IMG/VR virus record: IMGVR_UViG_3300022666_000091
Length of the DNA stretch: 20,861 nucleotides
Strand: one strand, 5' to 3'
From: an uncultured virus (IMG/VR IMGVR_UViG_3300022666_000091)
Lineage: Duplodnaviria; Heunggongvirae; Uroviricota; Caudoviricetes
In this document: positions 7,381 through 14,973 of the stretch, piece after piece
Layout: every line of letters starts with the position of its first letter
How positions within the stretch are numbered: the first letter of the stretch is position 1
Translations under genes and position numbers: made by a program
The notes under the pieces: generated by a model
The model's input: the letters and a program-made list of their open reading frames with translations, nothing else
What the model was told of the DNA's origin: nothing
The model's database searches: none

Positions 7381-7841
7381 ATTTCCTCCACCAGCCGCCG
7401 CACCTTCTCCCGGTAACGGCACGCCTTCCTCCCTTTCCCGTTGTACCTTCTGACCCCTTCCCATAACCGGCCGTCGGCAACGGCTATCTTCTCCTCCAGG
7501 TGACTTTCCGCTACCCGCAGCGCATGGGCCGTGTCTCTCGGATTCCCGCCGGGCCACTTGAGGATCTGAAACATGGAGACCTCGCCGTCCCTGCCTACGG
7601 CTTCCGGATCGAACCTGCTTTCAGCCGCCGCTATGGCCGCCATCAGCCGCGGACGTTTACTCCCGGCCAAGATCCGCGCCGTCTTCCCCACGTCCACCCT
7701 ACCGCTGCCATGGGCCACGATGAAACGTGCCAGTCTCACTTCCATGGCCGACGGCTGCCTCAACGCCACATGCCCGATCCCGGCGGCCGGGAACAGTACA
7801 GCCGCCAGGACCAGGACCGCTACGCGCCGCCCGACAGCCAT
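7377..7841 (-). CDS. Lytic transglycosylase (SLT domain) with N-terminal signal or TM segment
   Basis: AIAAAESRFDPEAVG (catalytic Glu), SMFQI, RRYNG. Hydrophobic N-terminus. Confidence 0.82.
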   Translation of the reverse strand: MAVGRRVAVLVLAAVLFPAAGIGHVALRQPSAMEVRLARFIVAHGSGRVDVGKTARILAGSKRPRLMAAIAAAESRFDPEAVGRDGEVSMFQILKWPGGNPRDTAHALRVAESHLEEKIAVADGRLWEGVRRYNGKGRKACRYREKVRRLVEEI

Positions 7842-8959
7842 GCCTCAATCCGTGTCAGGGTCTCACCCCAACTGTTTGCCATGCGTTCCTGAAGGAAGCA
7901 CTGGAGCAGGTAACGCAGGTGCCCGATACCCTTTTCCAACAGGTAGATCTTTTCGAGCGCCACGGCCTGGTGCTCTGCGATCTCGTCCCCGTCCCGCTCG
8001 ATCTGGACCTTCGGGCAGCGCATGGACGCGATATCGAAACTCTCGGCCTTCAGGGTCAGGCGCCACTCGTTGTCGTCGGTATCGGAAAAGAAGATGGTGG
8101 CCTCGGCAACCTGCCCGCCGTCGCGGAGTGCCGCCATTGCAGCCTCGGGGATCTTCGCCTGAGTGCCGGCCATGGTGATCTTCTGCGGGTCCTCGTTGCA
8201 GATGACCAGCTTCTTGTCGATCCAGGAGGAAAGCTCGGGCCGGGTGAACATGCCGTCGGTTCCCTGGACGTACAGCAACCACTTGAGGAAATCAGTGCCG
8301 ATCCAGGCATTGGATTTGAGGAGATCAAGGAGCGCCTCGGTTGACGCACGATTGGCGGCATGGAGCGCAAGCAGGGTGCCGGGGAGATCGGATTCAGCCA
8401 GCACGTCCACGGCGGTCAAGTACGGCACCTGCCACTTGGCGTGAACTTCGGGAAAGGTCCGCTTGAAGGCTGACTCAAAGAGGTCTACGGCCGCTTTGGA
8501 TGTGGTGAAGAGGAAGAGTTTGCCGGTCTTGGTGTTCCAGACGGCATCGTAAATGGTCGGGACCGGAAGGGTCTTGAGGAGGAGTTGCTGACGGACGCTT
8601 TCCTTGATCTCCTCGCGCTTCTGTTTGGGGACTCGCCGATAACCAGGATTCTCCGTGAGAAATTTTTTGCATGCTGCATCAAACACTTCGCGCATGACTG
8701 CGCCGGGCACCTTCCGTTGCTCCTGGCGAAGGGCCAGGAAAACGTAATCTCCGATGGTGGCGTCTGTCGGCTCATCGAAGGTGGTCAGCTGTCGCTGGAA
8801 GAAGTTGACCCAGCCGACGGATCGTTCCTCTGTGGAATCGAGAATCGGAACGAAGGCAAGCCGCTTCAGTCCTTGAAGGATCTCGGCGGGCGGCGGGATG
8901 GAACTGTTGTCCGTGATGGCGAATGTCATGATGTTGCACGTACTTCCGTAAAAACCCAT
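7820..8959 (-). CDS. rdgC: Recombination-associated protein RdgC family
   Basis: LKRLAFVPI...ERSVGWV, LALRQEQRKVPGAVMRE, KQKREEIKESVRQQLL..TLP.P, F..TF. RBS AAGGAG. Confidence 0.82.
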   Translation of the reverse strand: MGFYGSTCNIMTFAITDNSSIPPPAEILQGLKRLAFVPILDSTEERSVGWVNFFQRQLTTFDEPTDATIGDYVFLALRQEQRKVPGAVMREVFDAACKKFLTENPGYRRVPKQKREEIKESVRQQLLLKTLPVPTIYDAVWNTKTGKLFLFTTSKAAVDLFESAFKRTFPEVHAKWQVPYLTAVDVLAESDLPGTLLALHAANRASTEALLDLLKSNAWIGTDFLKWLLYVQGTDGMFTRPELSSWIDKKLVICNEDPQKITMAGTQAKIPEAAMAALRDGGQVAEATIFFSDTDDNEWRLTLKAESFDIASMRCPKVQIERDGDEIAEHQAVALEKIYLLEKGIGHLRYLLQCFLQERMANSWGETLTRIEAWLSGGA

Positions 8960-9045
8960 GGGTGCTCCTTCCTTTGTTGTTGTTTTTCAGCTAGTTGTGG
9001 CGTGTGGGCATAAACTGTTTCTTGCAAGAATCGGATTGTGCATGG

Positions 9046-9438
9046 TTATGCAGAACGAACTAAAATACCGTCATCATCATCGTGGAAACGAACATTACTA
9101 ACTCCACCCCAAAGTTTTGCCCATCCACGCAATCCGAACCAGTCCTGTTCTGCAAATTTCACAAATGACACCACTTCATTTCTCGCCCCTTCAAATTCAA
9201 ATACATCATCTTCAAAAGGAAGGTCTAAATTATCGTTCAATATCCACCATTCACCTTCGTGCCAAAGCCCCCAAAGATAATCATCACTGAATTCCTCTTC
9301 TGGGTCACCGCACGTCACCCAAAGCAGATATTGAGAAGCATTTGCATATGCTGGGACAGTATCGGCGGGGAAAAACTGCATAACCATCGGGTGGACTTGA
9401 CCGCCCGTTTCAGTGGTGTTTGTGGCTGTTTCGCTCAT
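9046..9438 (-). CDS. Acidic, Trp-rich hypothetical protein (cassette ORF, 130 aa)
   Basis: RBS GAAAGGGA and ATG 9438 lie in the attC loop. The TAA stop coincides with the GTTA core site. Confidence 0.7.
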   Translation of the reverse strand: MSETATNTTETGGQVHPMVMQFFPADTVPAYANASQYLLWVTCGDPEEEFSDDYLWGLWHEGEWWILNDNLDLPFEDDVFEFEGARNEVVSFVKFAEQDWFGLRGWAKLWGGVSNVRFHDDDDGILVRSA

Positions 9439-9484
9439 AATTTCCCTTTCCTTTTGCGAGGGCGGACAAGTCACCCTCAAAGCG
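9046..9484 (+). mobile_element. Integron-like gene cassette with antisense ORF, bounded by G|TTATGC and an attC-like site
   Basis: GTTATGC at 9045-9051, R'' GCATAAC at 9378-9384, L-box stem, R' GTTATAC at 9484-9490. Lower GC than the flanks. Confidence 0.6.
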
Positions 9485-9490
9485 TTATAC
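9378..9490 (+). other. attC-like recombination site
   Basis: GCATAAC-CATC-GGGTGGACTTGACCGCCC (9389-9406) pairs with GGGCGGACAAGTCACCC (9460-9476), with one unpaired base and one mismatch. Followed by TCAAAGC-GTTATAC. Confidence 0.62.
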
Positions 9491-9847
9491 CCTTTCGACA
9501 GGCTCCCGTGTCCACCGTCCTCTTCCGTCCTTGATATCGACCCGCAAATTCTGCGGCTGCATCATCCGGTCAACTGCCTGCTCAACCGTCTCGCCGCTCA
9601 TCATTTCCGATGCCGCAATCTTCAGCCAGGTTTTGAACCGCTTAGATTCGGTCAGCCTGCGGAAGGCTATGCGCTGATTCTGTGCCTGGCTCCGTTCTTC
9701 GCGGCTTTCGCCAACGGCCCCGGATGCCGGATGTGTGATTCGGCAGGCCGAAGAAGTCTTGTTCTGGTGCTGACCCCCGGGGCCACCGGCACAGAAATAC
9801 TCAATGCGGAAATCTTTCCTGGTTACGCTGAACAACAGTTCTTTCAT
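9485..9847 (-). CDS. Stand-alone peptide chain release factor-like (GGQ domain) protein
   Basis: AGGPGGQHQNKTSSACRITHPASG...EERSQAQNQRIAFRRL matches class I RF domain 3. No codon-recognition domains in 120 aa. Confidence 0.9.
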   Translation of the reverse strand: MKELLFSVTRKDFRIEYFCAGGPGGQHQNKTSSACRITHPASGAVGESREERSQAQNQRIAFRRLTESKRFKTWLKIAASEMMSGETVEQAVDRMMQPQNLRVDIKDGRGRWTREPVERV

Positions 9848-9849
9848 GG

Positions 9850-9963
9850 CTACCTTTCCTTGCTGTACCTGTCATCATTCCGCGGGTTGTAGCGGCATTC
9901 CCGGCACGCCTCGCTCTTGCCGTGTTCACTGTGCTGGTGAAAGACACGGCAGTACCAAGTCAT
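9850..9963 (-). CDS. 37-aa Cys/His microprotein
   Basis: ATGA overlap. MTWYCRVFHQHSEHGKSEACRECRYNPRNDDRYSKER fills the gap exactly. Confidence 0.45.
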   Translation of the reverse strand: MTWYCRVFHQHSEHGKSEACRECRYNPRNDDRYSKER

Positions 9964-10196
9964 CGAAGTTTCCGCAGCAGGTAATGTCCGGTCTCATAAT
10001 TGAGAGAAACATCAAGATCCCAGTTCCTGGAAGTCCGCTCTGTAAACTCTCTCACGTCCGATTCTCGCGGGCATCCCATCCTGTCAAGGAACGGCAGATC
10101 CGCCACGGCCGCTTCAACGTAGTCGTCACGGCTGATACGAACACACTGGCCGGGCTTCATGCTCATGGTGAGTTGCAGCAGGTCAGTTTGGGTCAT
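9960..10196 (-). CDS. Hypothetical protein
   Basis: MTQTDLLQL start with GAAAGG upstream. Operon coupling. Confidence 0.6.
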   Translation of the reverse strand: MTQTDLLQLTMSMKPGQCVRISRDDYVEAAVADLPFLDRMGCPRESDVREFTERTSRNWDLDVSLNYETGHYLLRKLR

Positions 10197-10407
10197 TGCC
10201 TTTCGCCTTCTGGTCCTCGCGTCCGGCATAGTATGCAAGCCATGCCGAGAGGCACGTCACAAACGCCACGGCCAAGGGCACGGACCACGGAATCTTGCCG
10301 TCTATGCAATCGAAGATCGCACTTCCCACCAGCCAGCCTATGAAGATCCCCAGGGCCAACTTGTACACCCGCCTCATGCTCAGAGTAAATCTGTACGCCA
10401 GTTTCAT
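10183..10407 (-). CDS. Small two-TM membrane protein
   Basis: Two hydrophobic segments. ATGA overlap. Confidence 0.65.
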   Translation of the reverse strand: MKLAYRFTLSMRRVYKLALGIFIGWLVGSAIFDCIDGKIPWSVPLAVAFVTCLSAWLAYYAGREDQKAKGNDPN

Positions 10408-10676
10408 ATCCCTTTTCCCCTCAGCCGTGCCGCCAGTTGCCTTGCCCCGTCCACGTCGAACAGCTGGTACACCGCTGGCCGCGTCCGCCGGATGCAGCGC
10501 ATGTCGAATCCATTCTTCTCCAGTTCCTTCCGGGCCGAATTCACGGCACAGACATCGGCGCCCCTGTTAATCTCCCGCGTCGTCCGGGGCTCGCCATGGA
10601 GCATGAAGTCGACGAACCGCTGCAGCCGGGGACTGTTCTCGAACTTCGCGTAATGGATGCCTTCGCGTTGTGCCAT
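10404..10676 (-). CDS. Winged-helix/HTH-like protein
   Basis: PRTTREI...CAVNSARKELEKNGFDM. RBS GGAGG. Confidence 0.65.
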   Translation of the reverse strand: MAQREGIHYAKFENSPRLQRFVDFMLHGEPRTTREINRGADVCAVNSARKELEKNGFDMRCIRRTRPAVYQLFDVDGARQLAARLRGKGI

Positions 10677-10697
10677 GGTGACCTCCCGGTGGAAAGC

Positions 10698-10931
10698 CTA
10701 CGCCAGCTTCTGCTCCAGAAACTCGACCAGCTGCCCGACGGTCTCAACGTCTTCCATCTCGTCCTCGTCCAGGTCCGCGTTGAATTCGTCCTCAAGGGCC
10801 ATGACCAGTTCCACCTTGTCCAGGCTGTCGAAGTCCAGATCATCGAAGGCCTTTTCCGGGCCGCAATTCTCCGGGCGCTCGCCTGCCTGCTCCGCTACAC
10901 ATGCCGTTACTCTTTCTGCGATTGTTGCCAT
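10698..10931 (-). CDS. acpP: Acyl carrier protein (phage-borne AcpP homologue)
   Basis: 77 aa, very acidic. DSLDKVELVMALEDEF carries the phosphopantetheine Ser; TVGQLVEFL. RBS AAGGAG. Confidence 0.9.
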   Translation of the reverse strand: MATIAERVTACVAEQAGERPENCGPEKAFDDLDFDSLDKVELVMALEDEFNADLDEDEMEDVETVGQLVEFLEQKLA

Positions 10932-10952
10932 TTTCGATTTCTCCTTTTATTA

Positions 10953-11297
10953 TTAATCTTCATTGTCGAATGTCGAAGTGTCCACGTACTGGAGGGCGTC
11001 GCCGTCGCTTTCCACGGCCTTGAGGCAGACTTCCGGGGTCTGGTCCTTCACGTACTGGAGGGCGTAGCCGTCGCTTTCCACGGCCTTGAGGCAGACTTCC
11101 GGGGTCTGGTCCTTCACGTACTGGAGGGCGTCGCCGTCGCTTTCCACGGCCTTGAGGCAGACTTCCGGGGTCTGGTCCTTCACGTACCGGAGGGCGTAGC
11201 CGTTTCTTTCCACGGCCTTGATAGCGTCTTCACCTTTCAATATGACGATTTCACTGTACGACCGTTTAACCAATGCCAAAAATTCTTGCAGTTTCAT
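10953..11297 (-). CDS. DUF4116-like 22-aa repeat protein
   Basis: Repeated AV..DG.ALQYVKDQTPEVCLK. RBS AAGGAGG. Confidence 0.85.
   Translation of the reverse strand: MKLQEFLALVKRSYSEIVILKGEDAIKAVERNGYALRYVKDQTPEVCLKAVESDGDALQYVKDQTPEVCLKAVESDGYALQYVKDQTPEVCLKAVESDGDALQYVDTSTFDNED
10983..11221. repeat. 66-bp tandem repeat, about 3.6 near-identical copies
   Basis: Units beginning CACGTAC at 10983, 11049, 11115 and 11181. Confidence 0.95.
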
Positions 11298-11319
11298 GTT
11301 GCCTCCTTGGTTTGTTGTT

Positions 11320-11526
11320 TTACCGCCTCTCGCCGGTGATCTTCAGAATCCGCTTCACCCTGTCGTCTGCGTCAATCAGGCCTTTCACGTTGTCGAGTAT
11401 GTTCTGGCCAGGGTAGCCGGTGTGTCGCAACTCGCATATTTCCCGGATGGTCTTTATCACCTCCACGGCATAGGCTAAGTTCGGGCACCCTTTCCTGTTG
11501 ATGCACACTGAGTCGCTTCCGGCCAT
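11320..11526 (-). CDS. Hypothetical protein
   Basis: RBS AGGAGG. Confidence 0.6.
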   Translation of the reverse strand: MAGSDSVCINRKGCPNLAYAVEVIKTIREICELRHTGYPGQNILDNVKGLIDADDRVKRILKITGERR

Positions 11527-11535
11527 GACTGCCTC

Positions 11536-11856
11536 CTATCCCATCGGATGATACTCCCCCTCGTCGTCATACGGCAGCCGCCCCTGCGGGCTGACCTGCA
11601 GCTGATATTCCATAATCGGCCGCGCCTGAAGACCGGCCGCCAGCCGCCGGGCGACGTCTTCGCTGGTGAACGTGAGCCCGTAGATCGCCCCCTGCGTGAA
11701 GCAGCGGGTATACTCCGGGATGTCGCCCACGGCCGGGACATCTACGCGGATGAAATGACAGCCGCCGATGGTCTGCTCCGTGATGCGGCCAGCCAGCTTG
11801 TTGTGGCCGAAGAGCTCCACCAGGCCCCATGCCTCGAACTGCTGCTTGTCGTCCAT
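11536..11856 (-). CDS. Conserved phage hypothetical protein
   Basis: WxxVELFGHxxLAGRxTEQTIGG..FIRVDVP pattern. RBS GAAAGGA before ATG 11856. Confidence 0.8.
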   Translation of the reverse strand: MDDKQQFEAWGLVELFGHNKLAGRITEQTIGGCHFIRVDVPAVGDIPEYTRCFTQGAIYGLTFTSEDVARRLAAGLQARPIMEYQLQVSPQGRLPYDDEGEYHPMG

Positions 11857-11887
11857 GCTGTTCCTTTCCATTAAATTATTTTTGTTT

Positions 11888-11920
11888 GGTGTATCACACA
11901 TCGTATGGTGTGTCAAACAC
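11888..11920 (-). promoter_or_regulatory. Promoter/operator motif, copy 1
   Basis: TTGACA-17 nt-TACACC on the minus strand. Similar to 17964-17997. Confidence 0.6.
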
Positions 11921-11931
11921 AAAATACACAA

Positions 11932-12183
11932 CTACACATCGACTCCAGGCAACACGGCCTCCAGGCAGCAGTCGCCGAAAACCGGCATGACCAACTGCTT
12001 TTTCGCGGCATGAATAGCGCGTAACCGTTCACTGGAAACGCCCTTCAGCGCCCGAACCTCTTCGGCCGTGTAGATGACCTCTTTGATCCCGTGACGGCGG
12101 GCAGCGGCCAGGGCCTTCTCGTCGAAGACTATGCCGATCCGCTCGTTGAGGATCTTGGAATCTATCAGGACGCAGAGGGACAT
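11932..12183 (-). CDS. Hypothetical protein
   Basis: MSLCVLIDSKILNERI...YTAEEVRAL...IHAAKKQL. Start uncertain. Confidence 0.6.
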   Translation of the reverse strand: MSLCVLIDSKILNERIGIVFDEKALAAARRHGIKEVIYTAEEVRALKGVSSERLRAIHAAKKQLVMPVFGDCCLEAVLPGVDV

Positions 12184-12317
12184 TGTTGTTGACCGGCAGA
12201 TTTGAGCGCGTCGGCAATGAGCACCTGCAGCGCCGCCTTTGCCTGACAGTCGTTGCGGTATTCCTTGGCCTGCCACTGCTCGATGATGTCCAAGGCAACC
12301 TCTTCCGGCGTTTTCAT
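12165..12317 (-). CDS. Hypothetical protein (50 aa; not in the track)
   Basis: RBS AGGAGGAG, ATGA overlap. MKTPEEVALDIIEQWQAKEY... Confidence 0.6.
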   Translation of the reverse strand: MKTPEEVALDIIEQWQAKEYRNDCQAKAALQVLIADALKSAGQQQCPSAS

Positions 12318-12532
12318 GTCTCCTCCTGGCCCCTGGACGTCATGGCCTGCTCGTAGGTAGAAAAGGTTCTAACACCGTCGAATGTCCACCGTCCCGAAAA
12401 CGGAAGGAGAAACCCGACAAACATCAGCCATGGCTCTCCCAGGGGCCATTCGCCATCTCTACAAAAAAGAGTACGGGCATCATGCCGCAGTCTTGCTGCG
12501 ATCTCGATTGCCCACGTTCTCCACCCCAGCAT
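12314..12532 (-). CDS. Hypothetical protein
   Basis: RBS GGGGGAG just after the terminase stop. Confidence 0.5.
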   Translation of the reverse strand: MLGWRTWAIEIAARLRHDARTLFCRDGEWPLGEPWLMFVGFLLPFSGRWTFDGVRTFSTYEQAMTSRGQEET

Positions 12533-12540
12533 CACTCCCC

Positions 12541-14544
12541 CTACCCCGGCCGGCACTCGCTCCGGCCCAGCTGCGCCGCGACCTCCTCCGGCGTCGTTCC
12601 GTCCAGCACCCGCACCTTGAGGTCACAGCGGGTACATTCCCAGTGATTCGTGCCAACGAGTTGTACGAAGGCGTGTTCTCCCGGCTTGGCTGCCTGCGCG
12701 GCGACGAAGGAGCCGAAGGCCCGGCTGGTTCCTTCCTGGGAGACGCGGGACAGCGCCAGCTCCGCATACAGGTCTGCGTGGGCGAAGTGGGGGTCGATGC
12801 CGATGTTCTCGAACACCATCCGGTATTTGCCCTGGGCCTCGTTGATCACTTCCTTTCGGCGGGCGAGCTTTTGCAGGTGGACCCAGAATACCTGTTCACA
12901 GATAAACTGCACCTGGGCGCGGCCGGAGTTGTCCTTGACCTCGGCCACCAAGCCGCACTCGTGGGGCTGTTCCTTCAGGCGGTGGACGTATTTCATCAGG
13001 TTCCATTCCAGGCCGTGGTAGCGGCTGATCCTGACCGTGTACCTGTTCTTGATCTCGTCGGACGATTTCTTCTCGGAGTTGGTCTGCTTCGGCCGGTCGC
13101 CCCACTCGCATATGTCCTGGTCGCCCTTCGATTCGTAGGAATAGTCGGCGAGCCATACCCGTCCGGGCCATCGCTGGGCAAACCTGCGGGCCTCGTTGAT
13201 GTTCGGCAGCGCATCGGCTACGCAGGCGCTGATGTCGAACTGTCGCATCAGTTCGTCGGCCCGCTCCCACGGGTCGTCACCATAGACGATCTCCAGGTGC
13301 GCCAGCCGGGATTTACAAACCCCGAGGTCACACTTGGGTCCCCAATAGCGGACCACGATCACGTTGAATCCACCCATCTGGTCGATGCCCATGGCGAAGT
13401 TGGTACCGTTGCGGAGCCACTTGATCTCGACGTTCACCGTAGAGCGCAGAATGTCGGTGGTGACTATCTGTGCTTCGGGCGACAGATACGGCACACCCAG
13501 CTTCGAATTGTAGAACTCCTGGAGGTCGCTCGCCTCCTGAAAAGCCCGCAGTATCTTCCCGGCGTCCTGCCGGCAGGAAAGGGTCTGCGGGATGTGATAG
13601 CCGACAATCGGTGAGCTTGGGTTGTGCGCAATCCACCGGCCGTCCCTGGGGTTGGTAATGATGGTCTTACAGGTCGGGCAGATATAGAAGAATTCTTTGC
13701 CGTTTTTGTCGCCGATGCAGTCCGGGAAAACGTCCGACAGCACGACACCGTCCTTGCAGCCGCAGTTGCTGTGGAACTTGTGCTGGTTCGACTGCTTGAA
13801 GTATTTGTCGATGTTCGCGTCCGGGTAGCCGGCCGTCGAGTATTTGAAGTTGATGGGGTAGGGGGAGTGCGACATGCGTTCTTCGGCTCGCTCGATGTCG
13901 CCTTCGAGCATCTTGCGGATCTCGTCGAACACGACGGCGAGCATCGGTATGGACTCGGTTGATGTCTGGCCCTGCATGTAGCTGAAGAAGATTTGCGACG
14001 GACCGATGGAGCGGACCCGCTTTTGGTCGGTCTTGCGCTTGTCGCCGTCCCAGGCGGTGGGGTCCTCGCCCCATAACGGCCGGATTTCCGGGATGGAGCG
14101 GACCGTCGGCTTGAATCGGACGTCCGAGAAAATCATCGCCATGGCTTGGTCTGGGAGGAAGTAGCCGAAGTATTTGCCCCAGAAGCGTAATGCGGCCCAG
14201 ACCAGAAACATAAACCCGAAGACGGTCTTGCCGACCTGAGCACCGCACTGGAGGACCATCTTCAGCCCCTCCGGGTTATGGTCCCCTGTGACCGCCATGG
14301 CGCGGTATGGCTCGATCAGGTACTCGTGGCCCTCCCAGGTGAATGGTTCGTTATCGACCTTGAGGGTCGGCCTGATCTGCTCCACGAAATCAAAGAGACA
14401 GTCCGGCACATTCTTGACGATCTCGGGTTTCGCCGGGACGATAATGCCGCGCTGCCTGGCCAATTGCCTGGCCCGCAATAGTTGCGCTGCCTGTTGAACG
14501 ATCTCTGGCGGGTAGCTATAGTTTTCGGCCCTCGATGATTGCAA
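12541..14544 (-). CDS. terL: Terminase large subunit, lambda GpA-like
   Basis: GAQVGKT (Walker A), VVFDEI (Walker B), YSTAG, CPTC, FYNSKLGVPY, MGIDQ (nuclease), DPHFAHAD. Confidence 0.9.
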   Translation of the reverse strand: MQSSRAENYSYPPEIVQQAAQLLRARQLARQRGIIVPAKPEIVKNVPDCLFDFVEQIRPTLKVDNEPFTWEGHEYLIEPYRAMAVTGDHNPEGLKMVLQCGAQVGKTVFGFMFLVWAALRFWGKYFGYFLPDQAMAMIFSDVRFKPTVRSIPEIRPLWGEDPTAWDGDKRKTDQKRVRSIGPSQIFFSYMQGQTSTESIPMLAVVFDEIRKMLEGDIERAEERMSHSPYPINFKYSTAGYPDANIDKYFKQSNQHKFHSNCGCKDGVVLSDVFPDCIGDKNGKEFFYICPTCKTIITNPRDGRWIAHNPSSPIVGYHIPQTLSCRQDAGKILRAFQEASDLQEFYNSKLGVPYLSPEAQIVTTDILRSTVNVEIKWLRNGTNFAMGIDQMGGFNVIVVRYWGPKCDLGVCKSRLAHLEIVYGDDPWERADELMRQFDISACVADALPNINEARRFAQRWPGRVWLADYSYESKGDQDICEWGDRPKQTNSEKKSSDEIKNRYTVRISRYHGLEWNLMKYVHRLKEQPHECGLVAEVKDNSGRAQVQFICEQVFWVHLQKLARRKEVINEAQGKYRMVFENIGIDPHFAHADLYAELALSRVSQEGTSRAFGSFVAAQAAKPGEHAFVQLVGTNHWECTRCDLKVRVLDGTTPEEVAAQLGRSECRPG

Positions 14545-14887
14545 GCAGTTCCTCGTCGGTCATCTCCTCAAGCCTTTTGCCTTGGGGCATCTCCAGGACG
14601 GTTGTTTCCTTCCAACCGGCGCGGCATTTGAGGTAGAAGATGGTTGCGGTCGTATTGCCAGCCTTGATCTGCTTCATCAGCTCGCTGGTGACAGACCCGA
14701 TGCCCAGGGCCTTCCCTTCCTTTATGGCCTCGGCAAATTCGGAATATTGCTTCTTTTTATTGATCAGGGTGTCGTGGCAGATGCCCAGGGCGTCCGCGAT
14801 CTGTTTCTCGGTCAGCCCCTGTGCTGCCAGTTTTTTCACTACTGCCGGTTCCGGCGGAACCCACGGTGGTCGTCCTCGTCCTGCCAT
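14516..14887 (-). CDS. terS: Terminase small subunit (HTH)
   Basis: GRPP, GLTEKQIADALGI, GNTTATIFYLK, MTDEELLAI. Overlaps terL. Confidence 0.82.
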   Translation of the reverse strand: MAGRGRPPWVPPEPAVVKKLAAQGLTEKQIADALGICHDTLINKKKQYSEFAEAIKEGKALGIGSVTSELMKQIKAGNTTATIFYLKCRAGWKETTVLEMPQGKRLEEMTDEELLAIIEGRKL

Positions 14888-14973
14888 AGCTTACCTCGTT
14901 CTCTGTTTCCGTTTTTGGTATTTTCTCCCCGAATCCTTTCCGGGGTCCAGCATTTTGCCTTCATCCCGCAAAC

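Noticed and set aside
10983..11221. Possible CRISPR array
   Set aside because: Contiguous 66-bp in-frame coding repeats with no unique spacers, and no cas genes.
14516..14544. Programmed frameshift fusing TerS and TerL
   Set aside because: A TTG start with GAGGA 5 nt upstream explains the overlap, and there is no canonical slippery heptamer.
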